Shown here: in pieces, positions 10,962 to 18,649 of the stretch
How positions within the stretch are numbered: the first letter of the stretch is position 1
Layout of the letters: the number at the start of each line of letters is the position of its first letter
Source: Aneurinibacillus sp.
Lineage (GTDB): Bacteria > Bacillota > UBA5301 > DYFA01
Direction: 5' to 3'
Assembly (NCBI GenBank): GCA_020725425.1
Contig: DYFA01000008.1
Location: 27,993 to 91,992, forward strand
Length of the DNA: 64,000 nt
Position numbers and translations under genes: made by a program
Notes under the pieces: model-generated
Told to the model about the DNA's origin: nothing
Database searches by the model: none
What the model saw: the letters and a program-made list of their open reading frames with translations, nothing else

Positions 10962-12062
10962 TCATACCCGGGCGACCACTTCCCCGGGGCGCAGGATGGA
11001 CCCGGCGGCCACCTCCGCCGCGGCCTCGACGACGCAGGTGTCCGAGAGGACGCTCCCCTCGCCCACCGCCGCGCCGGGTTCGATCCGGCAGCCTTGGCCG
11101 AGCACGCACTGGGACACCCGGCTCCCCGCTTCCAGCACCGCCCCGGCCCACACGACACTCGTCTCCACCACGGCACCTTCCCCCACTACCACGCCCGGGC
11201 CGAGCACCACGTCGCCGAGGAGCTTCGCCCGGGGAGCGACCCGGGCGCCGTCACCCACCACCACCCGACCCTGCACCAGCGCCTGAGGGGAGACCTCCGC
11301 CCCGCGCCCGAGCACCAGCGGCCGGTCCTCCCCGGGCAGGACAACCCCCGGCGTGTAGAGGCGGACCGCCCCCTGCAGGATATCCTGGTGGGCCAAGCGG
11401 TACTGTTGCAGGGTGCCCACGTCGCACCAGTAGCCGTGCATGCGGTAGCCGTAGAACGGCCGCCCTTCCGCCACGAGGCGTGGGAAGAGCTGCTTGCCGA
11501 AGTCGTAGAACTCCCCGGCCGGGATCAGGTCGAGAACCCCGCGCTCGAAGAGGTAGATGCCGGTGTTGGCCAGGAGCGACAGGGCCTCATGGGGCTCCGG
11601 CTTCTCCTGGAACCCGGTGATGCGGCCGTCCGGAGCAGTCACCACCACGCCGAAGTGGCGCGGATCGGACACCGAGCGGAGGGCGATCGTCGCCAGCGCC
11701 CCCCGTTGCCGGTGGAAGGCCAGCATGGCGCTAAGATCGATGTCGGTCAGGGCGTCGCCGGCGATGACGAGAAAGGTGTCGCTGAGGAAATCGGCTACTT
11801 TCTTGACCCCGCCGGCCGTTCCCAGGAGCTCCTTCTCCCGGGAGTAGACCAGGTTCATCCCGAACCGGCGGCCGTCTCCGAAGTGCTCCACGATGCTCTC
11901 CGGCCGGTACCAGAGATTGGCCACCACCTCGCGCACGCCGTGGTACCCCAGCAGGGCCAGAATGTGCTCCATCGCCGGGCGGTTCACGATCGGCACCATC
12001 GGCTTGGGCAGGTTGGCGGTCAGGGGATCGAGGCGGGAGCCGACGCCAGCCGCCAGGATCAT
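10962..12062 (-). CDS. Sugar-1-phosphate nucleotidyltransferase with C-terminal left-handed β-helix (GlmU/GMP-like)
   Basis: MILAAGVGSRLDPLTANLPKPMVPIVNRPAMEHIL (NTP_transferase G-x-G-x-R-L) plus C-terminal hexapeptide repeats. The start is set at the internal ATG at 12062; the ORF-track start at 12140 remains possible. Confidence 0.8.
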   Translation of the reverse strand: MILAAGVGSRLDPLTANLPKPMVPIVNRPAMEHILALLGYHGVREVVANLWYRPESIVEHFGDGRRFGMNLVYSREKELLGTAGGVKKVADFLSDTFLVIAGDALTDIDLSAMLAFHRQRGALATIALRSVSDPRHFGVVVTAPDGRITGFQEKPEPHEALSLLANTGIYLFERGVLDLIPAGEFYDFGKQLFPRLVAEGRPFYGYRMHGYWCDVGTLQQYRLAHQDILQGAVRLYTPGVVLPGEDRPLVLGRGAEVSPQALVQGRVVVGDGARVAPRAKLLGDVVLGPGVVVGEGAVVETSVVWAGAVLEAGSRVSQCVLGQGCRIEPGAAVGEGSVLSDTCVVEAAAEVAAGSILRPGEVVARV

Positions 12063-12152
12063 CGCCCTGAGCCCCCGCAACCCCCCCGGTCCGTGCGGTG
12101 TAAGGCGCCTTTCGGTTGCCACACGCAGTCCCCCCTCCATCTGTTCCCGCGG

Positions 12153-13439
12153 CTAACGGGCCGCGGGTTCGCCAGTGTCGAAGTGGCGGGCGATCTCCTT
12201 CGCCACCAGGGCGGCCAGGCGGCGGGCGGCGCCCGGTTCGCCCATCGTGCGGCGGAGGGTCTCCGCCATCACCATCCGCCGGCGGGAGTCAGCCAGCAAC
12301 CCCGCCGCTTCTTCAGCCATGGCCCCGGGACTGACTTCGCCCCGCAGCTCCGGCACGACGTAGGCTTGGGCCAGCCGGTTGGGCCAGGCGGCGTAGGGCA
12401 TGCGGGCCACCACCCGGGGGAGGATCCGGCGCTTCAGCGCCTTGCCGAGGCGCGGCAAGTTGCCGAGGAGGCCGGCCAGCCCTTCCAGCGGAATGCGTTC
12501 GGGATGGGTGAGCGGCAGGGCGACGACCATCGGTACCCCGAGGTAGCCCAGTTCCGCGGTGTTCGTCCCCGGAATGGTGAGCGCCAGATCCGCCGCGGCC
12601 ATGAGGTCGAAGCGAGCTCCCCGCCGGACGGGGATCTGCGCTCCACGCTCAGTGGCGATGAGCCCGGCCTTCGTCCCGTCCCCTCCGGCTTCGGGGAGGA
12701 ACCGGGCAGAGACTCCGACTTCCGCCGCCAGCGGCCCCCGCAGCGCTCGCTCGATCTGCCCCTCCTCAGTGAAGGGGGAGAGGCTCAGGGCGAAGGCCGT
12801 CTCCGGCCGGCGCTCGCGGAGCAGCTCGGCCGTCCGGGCGAACAACGGGGTCATAAACTCGACCTCCGCCGGGCGGCTGCCGGGAAGGAGCAGGACGAGG
12901 TCGCGGCCGGCCACTCCCAGTTCCTCCCGCACCGCGGCTGGCTTCCGCTGCGGCCGGACCGCGTCCAGCATGAGGTTCCCGACGACGACCACTTTCTCCT
13001 CCGGGACCCCTTTGGCGAGGAGCTTCTCCCGGATGACCCCGTAAGGCACCGCAAACCGAGCGAAAGCGTCGGTCCAGTTCACGAAGCCTTCGGTGTAGGC
13101 GAGGGCTGGATAGCCTAACCGCTTCCGCAGGAGTACGGCGTTCGTCAGCTCTCCGCCCAGGAAGAGCACGGCGCCCCGGCGCCCGGGGTTGAAGCCCGGA
13201 GGCCGGAGGCCGAGCACGGCATAGCGCAGGAACTCCGTTGGGCCGAAGGCGGCGTCCACCCCCGGCAGGGCGGCCACCACCTGGCGTTCGCACCCGCTGG
13301 CAAAGGTGCACGGTGGCACGAAGACCGTGACCCGGGCGCCGGGCAGGGCCTCCTTCAACGCCGGGGCCGCCGGGGCGACCCACCCGGCCACCTCGCCGGG
13401 ACTGTTGGCGGTTAGAACCAGGTCACACGTCTCCGCCAC
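12153..13439 (-). CDS. Second LpxB-like (GT19-related) glycosyltransferase paralogue
   Basis: MAETCDLVLTANSPGEVAGWV..., ...LLLPGSRPAEVEFMTPLF... (LpxB LPGSR motif), 428 aa. It overlaps the lpxB stop. Confidence 0.65.
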   Translation of the reverse strand: MAETCDLVLTANSPGEVAGWVAPAAPALKEALPGARVTVFVPPCTFASGCERQVVAALPGVDAAFGPTEFLRYAVLGLRPPGFNPGRRGAVLFLGGELTNAVLLRKRLGYPALAYTEGFVNWTDAFARFAVPYGVIREKLLAKGVPEEKVVVVGNLMLDAVRPQRKPAAVREELGVAGRDLVLLLPGSRPAEVEFMTPLFARTAELLRERRPETAFALSLSPFTEEGQIERALRGPLAAEVGVSARFLPEAGGDGTKAGLIATERGAQIPVRRGARFDLMAAADLALTIPGTNTAELGYLGVPMVVALPLTHPERIPLEGLAGLLGNLPRLGKALKRRILPRVVARMPYAAWPNRLAQAYVVPELRGEVSPGAMAEEAAGLLADSRRRMVMAETLRRTMGEPGAARRLAALVAKEIARHFDTGEPAAR

Positions 13440-14580
13440 GATTCTTCCCCCGGCCTTCCTCTGCCGCCTCCAGAACGACTGCCGCCGCCCGCCCGGCCGC
13501 CCCCGGTTCCCCCAGCTTCGCCACCACTGCCTGAAGACGCTGCCGGGTCCTCTCCCGGCGGTCCGGGTCGCGCAAATAACCTTCGACCTCCTCGGCCAAA
13601 CGCTCGGCCGTCAGGTCTTCCTGCACCAGCTCCGGCACGACCTCCTCGCCGGCCAGGATGTTGGGGAGGGCGTAGTGGCGCACCTTCACCAGGCGGCGGG
13701 CGAGCCAGGCGGTGAAGGCGCCGACGCGATAGACCATCACCATGGGAGTGCCGAAGAGCGCCGCTTCCAGAGTCGCCGTCCCCGAGGCCACCATCAACAC
13801 GTCAGCCGCCTGCATGACGTCGTGCGCCGCCGGGGAGATGTGCACTGGCAGGCCGGAAGCGGCGGCCAGTCCGGCCACCCGTTCCCGGTCGATCGTCGGC
13901 GCGAGGCCCAAGGCCCATCGCAACCCGTCCAGCCGCCCGGCCAGTCTCTCTCCGGCGGCCAGCATCACCGGCAGGAGCTGCTCCACCTCCTGCCGCCGGC
14001 TCCCCGGGAGGAGGCCGACCAGGTACTCCCCCGGCCTCACCCCGAAGGCGGAGCGGGTCTTCTCCCGGTTGACCGGGGGGCGGATGAGATCCAGAAGGGG
14101 GTGGCCGACGAAGGTCACCCGCGCCCCGGCTTTCCGGTACACCTCCGCCTCAAAGGGGAAGACGGAGGCCACCCTGGTGCAACTCTTCGCCACCTTCGCG
14201 GCGCGCCCCTCTCCCCAGGCCCAGGCGGCCGGAGGGATGTAGTACACTGCAGGGATCCCGAGGCGGGCGGCGTACGCCGCCACCCCGAGATTGAACCCGC
14301 CGAAGTCGATCAACACCACCGCGTCGGGGCGCTCCCGGCGCAGGGCCCGCTTCACCTCGCCCTGCCACCGCCGGAAGAGCGGAAGGCGCCGGAGGGCCTC
14401 CCCAAAACCGATGAGGGACACCCGCGTGGGGTCGAAGAGCAGCCGCACCCCCGCCTCGGCCATCCGCTGGCCTCCGATGCCGAAGAGTTCCAGGCCGGGC
14501 CGGCGGCGGCGGAGCTCCCGGGCCAGCGTCGATCCGTGAAGATCGCCCGAGGCCTCTCCGGCCAGGAGCATGATCTTCAT
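13423..14580 (-). CDS. lpxB: Lipid-A-disaccharide synthase
   Basis: MKIMLLAGEASGDLHGSTLARELRRRRPGLELFGIGGQRMAEAG... LLPGSRRQEV... is the canonical LpxB. Confidence 0.85.
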   Translation of the reverse strand: MKIMLLAGEASGDLHGSTLARELRRRRPGLELFGIGGQRMAEAGVRLLFDPTRVSLIGFGEALRRLPLFRRWQGEVKRALRRERPDAVVLIDFGGFNLGVAAYAARLGIPAVYYIPPAAWAWGEGRAAKVAKSCTRVASVFPFEAEVYRKAGARVTFVGHPLLDLIRPPVNREKTRSAFGVRPGEYLVGLLPGSRRQEVEQLLPVMLAAGERLAGRLDGLRWALGLAPTIDRERVAGLAAASGLPVHISPAAHDVMQAADVLMVASGTATLEAALFGTPMVMVYRVGAFTAWLARRLVKVRHYALPNILAGEEVVPELVQEDLTAERLAEEVEGYLRDPDRRERTRQRLQAVVAKLGEPGAAGRAAAVVLEAAEEGRGKNRGGDV

Positions 14581-15368
14581 ATCCCCACCACCGAAAGCCC
14601 GTGCTCCTCCGCCAGGCGCCCCACTGCCGGCCGGTCCACCAGAAAGGTGGCGCCTGCCTCAACCGCAAGACAGGAGATCCCCGCCGACGCCATGGTCACC
14701 AGGGTCTCCGGCCCGACCGTAGGCACGTCGAACCGCGGATCCTGCCGGGGCTTGGCCACTTTCACCGCCACGGAACCCCCCCGCCCCAGCTCTCCCCCCC
14801 GGCGCAGGCAGGCGTCGGTCCCCTCGATCGCCTCCACCGCCAGGACAGCCAGGTTCTTGACCACCACCGTCTGGCCGAGATCCAGCCCGGCGATCTCCTT
14901 GGCCCGGGCGAAGCCGTACCGGATGTCGGCCCATTCCCGCTCGTCCGGCGCCCGGCGGGAGAGGAGCCCCGCCGGCGCCAGGAGGTGTCCCAGGTACTCG
15001 TCCTGGCGCTGGACCGTGACCCCGGCGGCCGCCAGCTCCTCGACCACCGCCAGCAGGAGCGTGTCGTCGTCCCGGTCGGCCACCCGCGAGAGCAGCGCCG
15101 CCATCCGTTCGTCCGGGACAAAGTCCCGGAAGAGCAGTTCCTTGGTGACCTTCCCGGCCAGGAGGGCCCGGACCACTCCCTCCGCCCGCAGGAGGGAAAG
15201 CAGCCGCTCAAGCTCGCCCAGGGGCACGCGGTGGAAGCTTCCCCCTTCTGCGGAAAGACCGGGGTCGGTCCCCCCGACCAGGGCCACCACCACCGGCGCT
15301 TCGCCCCGGCGGCGCGCCTCCCGGGCCGCCTCGACCGGCAGCGCCCCCCGGCCCGCCAGAATCGCCAT
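14577..15368 (-). CDS. lpxI: UDP-2,3-diacylglucosamine hydrolase LpxI (DUF1009)
   Basis: MAILAGRGALP... matches the LpxI N-terminus, and ...VAVKVAKPRQDPRFDVPTVG matches the LpxI C-terminal motif. There is an ATGA overlap with lpxB. Start chosen at 15368; the TTG at 15407 and the ATG at 15392 are alternatives. Confidence 0.75.
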   Translation of the reverse strand: MAILAGRGALPVEAAREARRRGEAPVVVALVGGTDPGLSAEGGSFHRVPLGELERLLSLLRAEGVVRALLAGKVTKELLFRDFVPDERMAALLSRVADRDDDTLLLAVVEELAAAGVTVQRQDEYLGHLLAPAGLLSRRAPDEREWADIRYGFARAKEIAGLDLGQTVVVKNLAVLAVEAIEGTDACLRRGGELGRGGSVAVKVAKPRQDPRFDVPTVGPETLVTMASAGISCLAVEAGATFLVDRPAVGRLAEEHGLSVVGI

Positions 15369-15496
15369 CCTCCCGGCGCTCCCCACTGCCATCCCCCTCA
15401 AACGCAACGGGCACCAGGCCAGCGATCAGACAGGATGGCGTGGTGCCCGCTGTGACCCCTCCGTTATTCTGCACGGAAGGAAGTTTTTCCTCTCGG

Positions 15497-16303
15497 TTAC
15501 CGGCAGATGCCCCGCTCGGCGCTCCGGATGAACCGGATGAAGTGGTCGATCTCAGGATATCCCTCGAGCTGGTTCTCCATCTGCTCGATGGCCTGGGTCA
15601 CGTTGAGGTCGGACCGGTACAGGATCTTGTAGGCCCGCTTGATCTCCTCCCGGACGTCCTGGGGCACGCCCTTGCGCCTGAGGCCCACCACGTTGATCCC
15701 GACCACCCGCGCCGGGTGGCCGTCCACCGTGACGAAGGGCGGGACGTCCTTGACGACCTTGGTGCAGGCGCCGATCATCGCCATCCGCCCGATCTTGGTG
15801 AACTGGTGAATCCCGGAGAGGCCGCCCACCGTGACGTGGTCCTCGATCACCACGTGGCCGCCGAGCGCCGCCCCGTTCACGATCACGCAGTGGCTGCCGA
15901 TCTGGCAGTCGTGGTCGATGTGGGCGTAGGTCATGACCAGGTTGTCGTTGCCGAGGCGCGTCTCGCCGCCGCCCCCCTCGGTCCCCCGGGTGATGGTGGC
16001 GTACTCGCGGATCAGGTTGTGGTCGCCGATGACGAGGTAGCTCTTCTCACCCTTGAACTTCAAATCCTGGGGTTCGATCCCGAGCTGGGCGCCGGCGTAG
16101 ATCTTGTTGTTCTTGCCGATGGTCGTCCACCCGGTGATCACGACGTGGGGGCCGATGATCGTCCCCTCACCGATCTGGACGTTCTCTCCGATGACGGAGT
16201 AGGGGCCGATCTCGACGTCCACGCCGATGACCGCTCCCGGGTGAACGATCGCCGTCGGATGGATCTTCCGGCTGATCGGGACCACCTTTGCTTCGGGTTT
16301 CAA
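15497..16303 (-). CDS. lpxA: Acyl-ACP--UDP-GlcNAc O-acyltransferase
   Basis: KIHPTAIVHPGAVIGVDVEIGPYSVIG hexapeptide repeats plus the C-terminal LpxA domain. TTG start at 16303 with GGGGGAGG 8 nt upstream. Confidence 0.9.
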   Translation of the reverse strand: MKPEAKVVPISRKIHPTAIVHPGAVIGVDVEIGPYSVIGENVQIGEGTIIGPHVVITGWTTIGKNNKIYAGAQLGIEPQDLKFKGEKSYLVIGDHNLIREYATITRGTEGGGGETRLGNDNLVMTYAHIDHDCQIGSHCVIVNGAALGGHVVIEDHVTVGGLSGIHQFTKIGRMAMIGACTKVVKDVPPFVTVDGHPARVVGINVVGLRRKGVPQDVREEIKRAYKILYRSDLNVTQAIEQMENQLEGYPEIDHFIRFIRSAERGICR

Positions 16304-16462
16304 CTAGAATTCCTCCCCCGCCCACGTTTCATGCCTTTTTCGTTCTTCGACCCTTATACTGTAATCCGGCCTCTGGTCACAAACCCGACCAGCCCCTCCC
16401 GGCCAAGAGTGCCACCGGGGGGCCACCACCGCCCCTGGGTCGAAATCAACAGCCAAAGTTGT

Positions 16463-16912
16463 CTACTTTTCTGCTTTTCTCGCCTCGCCAGCCATGCTGG
16501 CAAAGATGAGCTCCGCCTCGGCTACCATCGCTCCGTCCACCGTCGCCCGACCGGAGGCTTTGGCGACGCCGGCCTTGGCCCGTCCCAGCTCGACTTCGAT
16601 GATGAGCTGGTCGCCCGGGACCGCCGGCCGCCGGAACCGGGCGCGGTCGATCCCGGCGAGGACCGGTATTCGGCCCTCGAGCCCCGCGAGGGAGAGGTAG
16701 ACCGCCCCCGCCACTTGAGCCATGGCCTCCAGGATCAATACCCCCGGCATCAACGGGCGCCCGGGATAGTGGCCCAGGAACTGGGGCTCGTTCACCGTCA
16801 CGTTCTTTACACCCTTGCCCCGCACTCCCGGCTCCAGCTCGAGCAGCCGGTCCACCATCAGGAACGGGTAGCGGTGCGGCAAGATGGCCATGAGTTCACC
16901 GATGTCCACCAC
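16463..16912 (-). CDS. fabZ: 3-hydroxyacyl-ACP dehydratase
   Basis: VDIGELMAILPHRYPFLMVDRLLE aligns with B. subtilis FabZ [25 protein letters not shown]. GTG start with AGGGAGGTG upstream. Confidence 0.9.
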   Translation of the reverse strand: MVDIGELMAILPHRYPFLMVDRLLELEPGVRGKGVKNVTVNEPQFLGHYPGRPLMPGVLILEAMAQVAGAVYLSLAGLEGRIPVLAGIDRARFRRPAVPGDQLIIEVELGRAKAGVAKASGRATVDGAMVAEAELIFASMAGEARKAEK

Positions 16913-17768
16913 AAGACACCTCCCTGTCCAAGATCGCCGCCTGGAGGACGGCCTCCGCCAGGGCGGCGTTGAGGGCGTGTCCCGAGCGCAAGCCGAGCAC
17001 GTGAGCCCGTACGGGCGGGATCAGAGCCAGGTCGCCGAAGAGGTCCAAAAGCTTGTGCCGGGCCACCTCGTTCGGAAAACGGAGGGGGGCGGCATAACCC
17101 TCATCGCCGATGACCACCGCGCACTCCAGGCTCCCCCCGAGTGCCAGCCCCTCCGCCCACATTCGCTCGATGTCCGCCAGAAACCCGATGGTCCGAGCCG
17201 GCGCCAGCTCCGTCCGGAAGTCGTCCCGGCCCGGCACGAACTCGGCCAGTTGCACCCCGACTGCCGGGTGGGGGTGCGTGAAGACGTAGGTGAAACGGGG
17301 CGCCTCAGCCGGGATCGCCACGAGCGACGCCTCCCCCCGGGTGACTGCCACCGGGCGGTCCAGCGTCAGCACGGAGACTTCCCCCTCCTGCCGCACGATC
17401 CCCGCCTCAGCCAAAAGGCCGGCGAAGACGGCGGCGCTCCCGTCCCCCACCGGTACTTCCGGACCGTCCAGGCGCAGCAGGGCGTTGGTGACACCGACGC
17501 CGCGCACGGCGGCCAGCAGGTGTTCCACCGTCGCCACCTCCACCCCGGCGCTGTTCCGCAGGGTAGTGCAGAACGACGAGCGGCAGACCGCCCCGGCGTT
17601 GACCGGGATCTCCGGCTCGCCCGGCAGGTCGGTCCGGATGAACCGCAGGCCGGAGTCGGGCGGCGCCGGCTCGACCGTGAGCAGAACCGGTTTGCCGCTG
17701 TGCAGGCCGATTCCGGACAGCGCGGCCGGACGGGCCAGAGTGGCCTGGGAAAGGAGTGCTTCAGGCAC
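16896..17768 (-). CDS. lpxC: UDP-3-O-acyl-GlcNAc deacetylase
   Basis: QATLARPAALSGIGLHSGKPVLLTVEPAPPDSGLRFIRTD aligns with E. coli LpxC [40 protein letters not shown]. The start was refined to the GTG at 17768 (GGGGGAGG upstream); the ATG at 17840 has no RBS. Confidence 0.85.
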   Translation of the reverse strand: MPEALLSQATLARPAALSGIGLHSGKPVLLTVEPAPPDSGLRFIRTDLPGEPEIPVNAGAVCRSSFCTTLRNSAGVEVATVEHLLAAVRGVGVTNALLRLDGPEVPVGDGSAAVFAGLLAEAGIVRQEGEVSVLTLDRPVAVTRGEASLVAIPAEAPRFTYVFTHPHPAVGVQLAEFVPGRDDFRTELAPARTIGFLADIERMWAEGLALGGSLECAVVIGDEGYAAPLRFPNEVARHKLLDLFGDLALIPPVRAHVLGLRSGHALNAALAEAVLQAAILDREVSCGGHR

Positions 17769-18645
17769 GGACCGGTCGACCTCCCCCTGACTTCTGCGCC
17801 ATCGGCGGCCGTGGCGCCGGGCGCGGCACGGTTCCTGCATTCGCTCCGGCCGCCCGAATTCCTTTCCCTTTTCTTCCTCCGCCCTCTGCGGGCAAGCCCG
17901 GCAGACTCTCGAGGAGCCTCCGGTACCGCTCGCCCAAGAGCGACGTGGGAGCAGTGAAAACTTTCGCCGGAGACCCGTCCTCGACGATCTGCCCGCTGTC
18001 CATGAGGATGACCCGGTCGGCCGCCCGCAAGGCGAACGACAGCTCGTGCGTCACCACAACCATCGTCCGCTCGCCGTCCCGGACCAGTTCCTCCATCACG
18101 TCGAGCACCTCCCTTACCAGGAGGGGGTCGAGGGCCGCCGTCGGCTCGTCCCAGAGCATGAGGGCCGGGGAGAGGGCCAGCGCGCGGGCGATCCCCACCC
18201 GCTGCTGTTCGCCCCCGGAAAGCTGGGACGGCCGGCGGTCCGCCTTGGCCGCCAAGCCCACCCGGTCCAACGCTGTTTCGGCCGCCTCCAGCGCCTCCTC
18301 CACCGGTCGCCCGGCGGCGATCAGCCCCAGAGCGATGTTCTGCCGGGCCGAAAGCCGCGCCACGAGGTTGGAGTGCTGAAAGACGAACCCGATGCGCCGG
18401 CGGGCCGCGGCCAGCTCGGGCGGGGTGAGGCTCAGAAGGTTGCGCCCCTCGAACCAGATCTCCCCCGCGTCCGGCTCAAGCAAGCGGTTGAGGCAGCGGA
18501 CGAGGGTGGACTTCCCGCAGCCGCTGGGCCCCATGACCACCAGCGTCTGGCCGGCCGGTACGACCAGATCCACCCCGTCGAGCGCCACGATCTCGCCGTA
18601 GCGCTTGCGCAGCCCCCGCACATCAAGGACGGGCTCCCTCTTCAC
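17761..18645 (-). CDS. FtsE/LolD/MacB-type ABC ATP-binding protein
   Basis: GPSGCGKSTL Walker A, GEIWFEGRNLLSL (compare FtsE GKIWFSGHDITRL), and signature QLSGGEQQRVGIARA identical to the FtsE/LolD-group signature. It has a G/P/A-rich ~50-aa tail. Confidence 0.85.
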   Translation of the reverse strand: MKREPVLDVRGLRKRYGEIVALDGVDLVVPAGQTLVVMGPSGCGKSTLVRCLNRLLEPDAGEIWFEGRNLLSLTPPELAAARRRIGFVFQHSNLVARLSARQNIALGLIAAGRPVEEALEAAETALDRVGLAAKADRRPSQLSGGEQQRVGIARALALSPALMLWDEPTAALDPLLVREVLDVMEELVRDGERTMVVVTHELSFALRAADRVILMDSGQIVEDGSPAKVFTAPTSLLGERYRRLLESLPGLPAEGGGRKGKGIRAAGANAGTVPRPAPRPPMAQKSGGGRPVRA

Positions 18646-18649
18646 CGTG

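Noticed and set aside
10740-13118. Very long plus-strand ORFs (for example 10740..13118 at 792 aa, 13306..15531 at 741 aa, 19046..21388 at 780 aa, 23932..25935 at 667 aa, 5832..7361 at 509 aa, 34533..36230 at 565 aa) that could be mistaken for genes
   Set aside because: All lie antisense to well-supported minus-strand genes and are rich in R/G/P/A/H/D, as expected for shadow ORFs in ~70% GC DNA. They have no motifs, no ribosome-binding sites and no signal of independent constraint.
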